DNA of 64,000 nt, taken from assembly GCF_037042905.1 (NCBI RefSeq), contig NC_087250.1, forward strand, positions 21,330,001 through 21,394,000, given 5' to 3'. Every line of letters starts with the position of its first letter. Within the stretch, counting starts at the first letter, position 1. Shown here piece by piece: positions 54,448 through 64,000 of this stretch. This DNA is from Lytechinus pictus (lineage: Eukaryota). The translations under genes and the position numbers were made by a program. The notes under the pieces were generated by a model. That model saw only the letters and a program-made list of their open reading frames with translations. It ran no database searches and was not told the origin of the DNA.

Positions 54448-57400
54448 GGCTTATTATAATCACTCGGGTCGCGGGCGCGTTCGAAATCACTCGGGTCGCG
54501 TTCGAAATCACTCGGGTTTCGGATTTTGGGCGATTTTTTGGATTTCGATGCAATTTTTTTCTAACGGTGTCTTCAATGGAACAAACACGCTGGGAAAATA
54601 AAATGAAATTGAAATTCGAGTTTCGTTTTAAGCCGGCAAGTGCCTTGAATAAAATGTACTCGACTACTATTTTAACATAACAAACAAGCAAATCAGCCAT
54701 GTGGCTCAACTATCTTAGAATACATCCGGACGACATGCCTGCATGCAATGGCCCAAGGCGGGAACCGGCCGCGGTCGGACACGTCGTGCATCGGTAGCAT
54801 GGAGCAAGCTAATGTGAGTCGAGCCGAGTTAGATCCCACGTTACAGTGCCAGTCAGTCCGCAGCTCGTCCGAAAGTATTTTATTCAGCGGTATGCATAGC
54901 CAGCCATCCGTGGCTTAATGCATATAAACCCCTCAAAAAAGTTTGGAAATCTGAGTTTGGCTATTAATTTCTCCCAACTCCCAATATTACACAATGCATA
55001 TCTGACATAATTCAAAAGCTCATTTAATTCTCTCTAAAATGATACCATGCTTGTTATGATCATGCCATCACGAAAAGAGCAGGATTCAAAAGTGTTGGAT
55101 GAGGTCTGAATTGAAAAGCTGCAAAATGAGCAGAACAGAACATGATTCTTTTGTCTGTGTCAATAGAGATGAAAATCCATTCAAATCAAGCCCCTGCTTC
55201 TTCAATTTCGATGTTTTGTTGTGGTTTATGTAGTGATGGTTCTGTGAGATAATATGGTTTGAGTCGTGGTATGAAACACCCATGCATGTTTGTTTGTTTG
55301 TTATGTGTTTGCTTGTGCAGAGGTGTGTTTGATTCCATGTTAATGTTGATGTTAAGGTGCATGAAACAATCAAAAGAAACCGCTGAGAAACTCACTCATC
55401 ACCACGGAAAAAAGAACTGTGACTTTCAATATTGTGTCATTTTGCAACTTTTGAATTTTGACCTTGCCCCACATTTCAAGGCACTGCACCCCCATGTGAG
55501 CCATAATCATATCATGTAGGGTATCATTTTAAAGAGAATCAAATGATCTATTCATTGCTATTAATTACATATTGATATTTACTAAAACCGAGGAGGGATA
55601 ATCGATCAAAATCAGATTTCCAAACTTTTTTGAGGAGTTTACATACGTAATTAGACCAAAAGCTTCGGTCTCTGTTATGTTCGTTGTTCCGCTGAACTCC
55701 GTTGGCTCCACTCACCAAATACAGAGACCGAAGTTCTAGCTCGATCTGTACAGGGACTCAATGGCCATATGTTTATGTATTAAGTTCCAATAAACAGGGA
55801 AGTGAAGTAGCGCGAGAGCCGAAGTAATTAGTCACTGTTTTTTCCCCTTTTAAGTTTATTTTCCCCGTTTTTTGGTGCATTATAGGACAAAACGGAATAA
55901 TAATCCTTATTTTGGTACAGTTCTTTTCATATATTTTTATGAAATAAATACAGATTTAATGAGCCCCGTTTGGTGGATTTTGCATTGTTAACCCCCTAAT
56001 GGTGGCAGCACGATAGCCGTCTGTGTACGAGGAGAAATAAAAATGTTAAAAAACTCCTCGAAACAGACGGCTGCCAGCTGTCTAATACTTAATGAGCTGT
56101 GAGGACTATCTTTCTGATCGGCGTTTTAAAATTTTGCTCTTAATTATTGTCCATTTCTCATAAAATTGGTCTTATTTTATAGATAAAAGGGCCATATCGT
56201 GTTTTAAGTAACTGGAGACCTAACAAATTCCCTACCTAAATTCTCGAGACATTGCATTAGGTGATGTGCTTGATTGATCTTCTTTGTGCTCGCGTGCGAA
56301 ACGTATACGTTGAGCTGCATGAACAGGGAGTCTTTCTCTCTCTGTCTCTCCTACCTTTCCGAAATTAAAACAGTCCCTCGATCGGACACAGTTATTTAGT
56401 AGCAGGACAAATAATGCTCTGACAACCAAACTAACTTCTCGTCAGCATCAGTAAAAATGTGAATGGGCTTTTAAAACTAATACTAAAACTGATCTAAAAT
56501 TGATCCTAGATCGATTTTAAAATTGATTTAAAAAATCGATTATGAATCAATTTTAAAATCGCAATTGTACCTGTTCTAATTATTCTATCAACCCCTCTTT
56601 TCTCTCCTCTTCAAAACCACTCTGCCACTTTTAGACAGTTATAATTTTAAAATCGATTTTAAAATCGTATTTTAAATCGATTTTTAAAGCTCAAACATAT
56701 TTACGACAGTTGGCTAGCCACGATATCGCCTTATCAATCCATATTATATACTCCTCCTTTAGGGCTCTCCCTGTACTAACAAACATTAAAATCTCATAGA
56801 CGGAGCCCTAAAGGAGGACTAAATAATAGGGAATGACGAGGTGATTTCGTGGCTAGCCAACTGTCTTAAAAATGTTTGAGCTTTTAAAATCAATTTAAGA
56901 TATGATTTTAAAATCGATTCTAGAATCATTTTAGGTGGGGAATTGTTAAGGTCTCCAGTTACTTAAAACACGATATGGCCCTTTATCTATAAAATAAGAC
57001 AAATTTTATGAGAAATGGACAATTCTAAGAGCAACATTTTAAAACACCGATCGGAAAGATCGTCTTCACAGCTCATAACCACGGATGGCTATGCATACCG
57101 CTGAATAAAATACTTTCGGACGGGCTGCGGACTGACTGGCACTGTATAACGTACGTTGGATCTACCTCGGCTCGACTCACGTTAGCTTGCTCCATGCTAC
57201 CGATGCACGTCGTGTCCGACCGCGGCCGGGTCCCGCCTTGGGGCTATTGCATGCAGGCATGTCCGCATATGGGAATGATGCGATGTAATATCGATGTGGC
57301 AAATATGGCAAGTTCCGACTCGGAGTCCTCGTATAGGACACAGTAGAGGTCCGGATCTATTCTAAGTTAGTTGAGCCAAATGGCTAATTTGCTCGTTTGT

Positions 57401-57631
57401 TTTGTTAAAACAGTATTCGAGTACATTTTATTTAAGGCACTTGCCGGCTTAAAACGATCTCGAATTTCAATTTCATTTTATTTTCCCAGCGTGTTTGTCC
57501 CATTGGAGACACCGTTAGAAAAAAAATCGCATCGAAATAAAAAAATCGTCAAAAATCCAAAACCCGAGTGATTTCGAACGCGACCCGAGTGATTGCAAAC
57601 CCGCCCGCGACCCGAGTGATTATAATAAGCC
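54448..57631. mobile_element. Nested long-TIR foldback element
   Basis: 54448-54912 pairs with 57079-57631, and 56092-56232 pairs with 56938-57076. 8-bp TSD CTTGATAA/ATTGATAA with one mismatch. Confidence 0.85.
54925..55641. mobile_element. MITE nested in the left arm of the foldback element (Tc1/mariner-like)
   Basis: ~30-bp TIRs TAAACCCCTCAAAAAAGTTTGGAAATCTGA and TCAGATTTCCAAACTTTTTTGAGGAGTTTA. Confidence 0.8.
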
Positions 57632-60600
57632 ATTGATAAAGAGCTGATATTTTTCATTACTTTGAGTTTGAGACATAGGACCGTGACATCCTTAGGACAT
57701 GTTATCATATGAATATGATGACTATGACTCTTCCTATTCATCTTGCTAAGCGCGAGATTAACGAAAAGGGACATTTTTATTATTAAATTGATATCTTATT
57801 TATTAATGCACAATGAGGGCGCGGAAACTGATGATATTATGGCTGGAACACTGTACATTCAAGCACTTTTGTATTATAAATAAGGTGCATCAGTATGCAG
57901 TAATCAGTTGATATAATTATATTTAACCATTAATGCGAGCGCAAATCGCGAGCCGAAATTTTTGATAAACTGTCATGAAAAGGGGATTTCAAGTAGTTTG
58001 TTATATAATCAATATTGAGACAAACATAACCCGCCAATCAAAATGCAAGCATGGCAGCGCTAGCTGATACGTTTTGACAATCAGACCTCAAAAGGGATAT
58101 TTTGAAAACTTTATGGAATATTTGAAAATAATAGGTACCTGATAAATACAAACACGCGAGCGCAGCGCGAGCCGAAAATTTTAATATTCAGACCATAAAA
58201 CCGACATTCTTACAGAGCACTTTTTAAAAATCAATGTGTAAATCACACAAATTAATGAAAGTTCGATTTCCGAAGAGAAATATGTTTTGTATATTGACTT
58301 CCAAACTTAATATTTAAGCTCCATGTTGAACAAGATATGTGAATCACTTAACAGGCAATGCGAGCGCGAAGCGCGAGCGAAAATTTTATATAGTGACATG
58401 AATTTTTTTTTTCTTCCTCTCATCTTATTTTATTCACTCGTCTTCCTGCTCTTCTTTTTTCTCTTTTCTTTTCCTTCCTTTTTTCTTTCTTTCCCTTTTT
58501 TTCTTTTTTTGCTCCGCCAAATAGGGGAGGCCCGGGCCCCTCGGGCCCCCGCCTAGATCCACCTATGCTCTCTATTGCTCTTGTCCTTCGCGGTATAATA
58601 ACAAACATATTCCGTAATCTGCTGATGAATATATTTGAAATCCAACAGTGCAGCCTGAGTTTGAAAGGAGCTGGGCCCGTTTCTTCACCCTGTTTACCGG
58701 ACTTAAACAGTTGTAACTATATCATTATGACAACTGCCAGTATAACATGGCTCTGCAGTCAACCCCAATCAATGTAACCATGGTCATGATGGCCATAATT
58801 AAAAAGTTACCATAGTTATGTCTTTACGAAACGGGCCCCGGATGTAAGCAAAGATGACACCTTAATTTTAATTCCCTCCCTACCTTTCTTTGTTGTTTCT
58901 TCCTTTTTGGTATATAGTAGCATTTTACAAACTTACTCTGTTTTATACTTACTTCTTTAAATATTGGAAATCCAACAGTTCTCGCAGCCTCCTTTGTAAT
59001 AATGTGCGGCGGGCCTAATAGACAACCACGGACCATGAAAACGAAGCAAACTCACACTAGGGTAGTCACAAAATCACATAATGTAGTTGAAATTGACCAG
59101 TCATTCGACAATTGACTATTTAAAACGACGCTGCTCCTCTTCATGTAGCAAAATCTCAGAAGAAAATACCATACAGGCTACGAAATATAACAACTCACTG
59201 GTCCATTCTCGAATGAGGGCTAGTGTTAAAGTAAGGCTCGAAGAAAATGAGGAGTTTTGATAAACTAAATGGTGCACACCCGATTTGCTCCTCATTCTAT
59301 CACGTGATTTCATGCACAGCGATCACTCAACCAATCAAAATTGATTGCAACGTTTTCGTAACCAAACATGGTCGATTCATTTCGCAGATTATTTTTATGA
59401 CACTGTGGTATATAAACGCCCCCTATTATTAAAATCAGGGAATATACATGTATCATCCCGTGATGTTAAAAAAACATCTACAATCATAAATATAATATAA
59501 ATTATACTCGTTAACGCAGGGATAGATTTCCGCCCTAACTTCCTACGATAATGCACACCTTGTTAAAGTAAAAAAATAAAATACAGTAAACATAGAATTA
59601 CAAAGTATTGCAGGCACCCCTCCCCATCCTTCATGAAAGGCGCTATAGTATCCAACTAAATTGTTTCTTTAACATGAAACAAGGGATAAGAGAAATCACG
59701 GCGACATCACGAACTGTCAATGAAAGAGATTTTAAAAATATCACTCCTTCCCTCCCATTTTGGGGCTTTTTCTTTATTTTCGATTTTTTGTTTGTTTTGC
59801 CTTTACTTTTTTTTTAAGAAAGGGCATTTTATCCTATTTTCCCCCTTTCCTAAGAAATCTTGGATCAGCCATAGCGTCATACTCCAACCCACTCCCCACC
59901 CCGAAAGTGAGAAACCCTTACATACCCTCGTAATATGATATGTTGGTTGCAAGAACAGTTACAGCTTTCGTTTCATCCTAATATCTCTGTGTTCGACAAT
60001 ATAAATTTGACGTAATAATCTTTAGCAAACATCAAGTCCCAAATCGCGTGCTTTACAGAGTTGGGTAAATATACTGATTATTGTATAAATACCAATTTAA
60101 TGGTTATAAAATGTTTACAGTTCGTGAAAATTGTCCCAATTAAATTTTTATGATGACAGATAAGGAACAAGCGGTTAAAAAGAAAATGCAATCTCAGCAG
60201 AACAATCTATCATTTTTTTATTACCTTGTTATATTTTTTGGGGGGAATGATTTTCTTTTGTGGAAAGGAAAAAAATAAATTAATGATCACTCGACTTGCC
60301 CCTTGAGAATCTGCATCAATGAAAGTATTTTGGGACGTCGTGTTCTAGTGTTTAATACTTTTGTCTTTGGTTCGATTACCAGCCATGGTGTGTTTTCCTT
60401 CAACAAGAATGTTTTTTCACATTGTGTTGCACTCAACCCGGGTGGGCGTTTCAAGAAGCTGTTTGCAAGTAAAGAGCGACTTTAGGAACAACAGGTGTAG
60501 TTTTTTTACGTGCTAAATAATTATCAATGAAATGTATGAAATTGTGAATATCATTTACCACAATGAAGGATGACCAATCGTGCTTAAAGAAACTTACGGA

Positions 60601-60665
60601 CAGTTTAGTGAAACGGCCCCCTGGTGAGGTAAATTGGCACCGACAGGAAGTACTTCCCCCCAAAA

Positions 60666-60668
<3 letters not shown>

Positions 60669-60701
<33 letters not shown>

Positions 60702-60876
60702 AAGTTCACACCTAGTTACCATTAATGCATATAGCATTTCCATTTATTTGAAAGCAGGATAAAAGAGCATTGTAGATTAAATGCCTTGCTCACGGGCATA
60801 GCTGCCGCGGCCGGGGATCGAACCCCGGACTTTTTCATGTATAGCCAGGCGCCTTAGACCACTCGGCCACGGCACC
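60669..60876 (-). mobile_element. tRNA-derived SINE, full length with poly(A)
   Basis: The minus strand reads GGTGCCGTGGCCGAGTGGTCTAAGGCGC (A box), GGTTCGATCCC (B box), a CCGTGAGCAAGGCATTT core and a long A tail. Confidence 0.8.
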
Positions 60877-63800
60877 TCCACCGGAGCAACCGGAATCGAT
60901 AGACTAGGTTAGTGGGGAATATAAGAGCGCCATCATCACCTAATAATGTAAATACATGCGCTACATAAATCGTATATTTTTATACATTTTGGAAAAAAAT
61001 AAGAGGAGGTGCTTGTCTGGAAAAAAAATTACATTTTGGTCTAAAAAGTAAAAAATACAATAAAAAAATGAAATGTTATTCATAGAGAAAGTGGCAAGCA
61101 GAATATATAACAGTGATTTTGAAAATAAACAAATGAAAAAAACTGTCATGATTGTATAATGGTAAAGAAAGTTCCCCGTCAGAAGACTGTGTAATCAGCA
61201 GGAATTGAGCAGGATCATGTTTCATGAATTCTGATCATGATAACAAAATAATGCACAATTCAAAACAAGTTTACTATCAGCCAATCAAATTGAATGATTT
61301 GAATAGCCTTGCACCGATGTCGCAGTTGTTTTTGTCATTACAATGCACAATTTCTATCTACATGTATAAACAATCAACTAATGAAATTGAAGGATTTCAG
61401 TAGCTTTAAACTATTATAGCAAATTATTTTGTTATTATAACAAGGTTCATGAAAGGGGCCACTGAGTGAATGACAACTTTGACAAAAAATAATGTCGGTT
61501 GGGATTTGGTTTCGTTGTTTAAATCTTGCATTAGATTTTCAAACGATAACTATAATGTAGACATAGCAGAAAGAATGATAAAAAATATGAAGGTTTGAGG
61601 AAAATCCATAAAGATTAAGAAAGTTATTCGAATTTTAAGTATTGCATTTGTGACGCCATAAACGAACAGCTGCATATAACATAAAATACATGAATTTCAT
61701 TTGTTTTTAATTGTTCCTGATGGCTCACTTTTTAATTATTCATGATCGGGTATGACACGATTTGTCTATTAATTGATACATGGTACAGTACAAACCATTT
61801 TCAAATTTCAGATGAAAGAGGAGATTATGAGCTTTTCAATGATATGTCACTTGTCTATTGTATTATTTATTAAGTAATGATAAATCATCGATAAATATCG
61901 GTTTCGTTTTTTTTTCTGGGACGCACTGTATATTGACGTTGCTCTACATTATGATGTCAATTCTTTTTTTCTTAAGACTTCTTTTCAAAATCTGTAATCC
62001 ATTTTCATAATGACTTTAACAATAAGCTTAAAGTACTCTCCTTCGGATTTACAGATAGCTTTTTTCTTGAGGTGAATCGTCCATATAAACGTTGTTTTGT
62101 CTCAGTTTGTAACCGAATTGAGGAAAATGCTATGCCAAATAACTTGCGTCTTCACCACAACTTTACCCCTCTCTCTTTATTTACCCTCTCACCCCTCCAC
62201 CCTTTCATGTCTAGGCCTATTTATTTACCTATCTATCTATTTTCCCTCTCCCTTTCCCAATCATTTTACTTTGTATCCCATCTTTATTGTTTTGTCCTTT
62301 GGAGTATAATAACAAACATATTCCGTAAGCTACTGATAAAATATTTGAAATCCAACAGTGCAGCCTGGGTTTAAAAGGAGCTGCGCCCGTTTCTTTACCG
62401 GACTTAAACAGTCGTAATCTTATCATTATGACAACTGCCAGTGTAACAGTGCTCAGCAGCAAATTCCAATCAAGGTAACTATGGTAGTTGCCATAACGGC
62501 AATTTACCAAAGTTACCATAGTTATGTATTTACGAAACGGACCCGGATGTAAGCAAAGATGACACCCTAATTGTTATTCCCTCTCTACATTTCTTTGTTG
62601 TTTCTTCCCTTGTGGTATAGTAGCAATTTACAAACGTATTCTGATTTATACTTACTTCTTTATATATTGGAAATCCAACAGTTTGAGTCTGATGCTAGTG
62701 TTTACAGTTGTTTCTCTCTGGTTCCTTTATTGATAATGTGCGACGGTTCATTATAAAACCACGGACCATGAAAACAAAAACTCACGCCAGGGTAGTTACA
62801 AAATCACATCATGTAGTTGAAATTGACAAGTCATTTAACAACTGGTTATTTAAAACGACACTGCTCATCTTCATGTAGCAAAATCTCAAAATAAAATACC
62901 CTACATGCTTCGAAATAAAATATCTCCCTATTCTAATCTCGAATGAGGACTAGCATTAAAGTAAGGCTCGGAGAAAAATTAGTTTTTTGATCAGCTAAAT
63001 GACGTACACCCGATTTGCTCCTCATTCTATCACCTGACCTCATGCACATCGATCACTCAACCAATCAAAATTGATTGCAACGCTTTCGTAACCAAATATG
63101 GTCGATTCATTTCGCAGATTATTTTTATGACACCATGGTAAATAAACGCCCCCTATTATTAAAATCAGGGAATATACAAGTATCATCCCGTGATGCTAAA
63201 CAAACATCTACAATCATAAATATAATACGAATTATGCCCGTTAACGCAGGGATAGATTTCCGCCCTAACTTCTTACGATAATGTACACCTTGTTATTATG
63301 TAAAAGTAAAAAAAAAAGGAAAATAAAGAAGACATAGAATTTCGAAGTATTGCAGGCACCCCCTCCCCATCCTTTATAAAAGGAACTATAGCGTACAACT
63401 AAATTGGGCATGAAACAAGGGTTAAGAGAAATAACGGCGACACCACGAAAAGTCAATAACAGAAAAATATCCCCCCCACCTTCCCTCCCATCTTGGGGCT
63501 TTTTCTTTATTTATTTATTTTTTTTTTGTTCTGCCCTTACTTTTTTCTTACAAGAAAGGGTAATTTACCCCATTTTGCACCTCAGCCAATGCGTCACACC
63601 TACACCCACTTCTATCACCCTCCCCACCCCGAAAGTGAGAAACCCTTACATACCCTCGTGATGCGTTATGTTGGTTACATAAATAATTACAGCTTTCGTT
63701 TTATCCTAATATTTCTGTCTTCAACAATATAAATTTGACATAATAATCTTTAGCAAACATCAAGTCACAAATCGCGTGCTTTACAGAGTTGGGTAAATAT

Positions 63801-64000
63801 ACTGATTATGGTATGAATGCCAATTTAACGGTTATAAACTGTTTACAGTTCGTGAAAATTGTCCGAATTAAAATGTTATAATGACAGATAAGGAACAAGC
63901 CGGCAAAAAGAAAATGCAATCTCAGCAGAGCAATCTATCATCTGATTGTATTGCCTTGTAATATATATATATGTTTATATATATTTTTTTTTGGGGGGGG

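Larger units (their letters stand above)
53310..58567. mobile_element. 5.26-kb composite TIR insertion with 5-bp TSD CTCTC
   Basis: CAGGGGCGGATCCAG...CTAGATCCACCTATG. An empty site is present in the duplicated segment at about 62273-62290. Confidence 0.85.
52930..63960. repeat. Direct segmental duplication of ~2 kb (52930-53309 plus 58573-60230, versus 61930-63960)
   Basis: Collinear high similarity, for example 53071 vs 62072, 59240 vs 62970 and 60181 vs 63910. The first copy is interrupted by the 5.26-kb insertion. Confidence 0.9.

Noticed and set aside
60800..60876. Functional tRNA gene
   Set aside because: The anticodon arm is poor, the sequence continues into a SINE body and poly(A), and degenerate copies lie elsewhere.

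Overview
AT-rich, repeat-dense animal genomic DNA. The gene type and repeat content suggest an echinoderm, probably a sea urchin (inference). The only host gene I can support is a minus-strand, multi-exon NLR innate-immune receptor. It has two tandemly duplicated 306-bp Death-domain exons (37628-37933, 36292-36597), a 1580-bp NACHT exon (23497-25076), an LRR-like exon (22532-23049) and a small exon (21168-21270). All have GT/AG boundaries and compatible intron phases. The rest is mostly transposon-derived: a disrupted L2/CR1-group LINE ORF2 (about 43.5-47.3 kb), L1/Tx1-like, L2/CR1 and Penelope fragments, Helentron-type elements with ~162-bp arrays, a foldback element with 15-bp minisatellite arms and a 9-bp TSD, several non-autonomous TIR elements in deep nests, tRNA-derived SINEs, and a ~2-kb segmental duplication near the right end. 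The most unusual item is a two-copy SINE whose head resembles the Alu domain of 7SL RNA. Everything was read by eye; no database searches were run.
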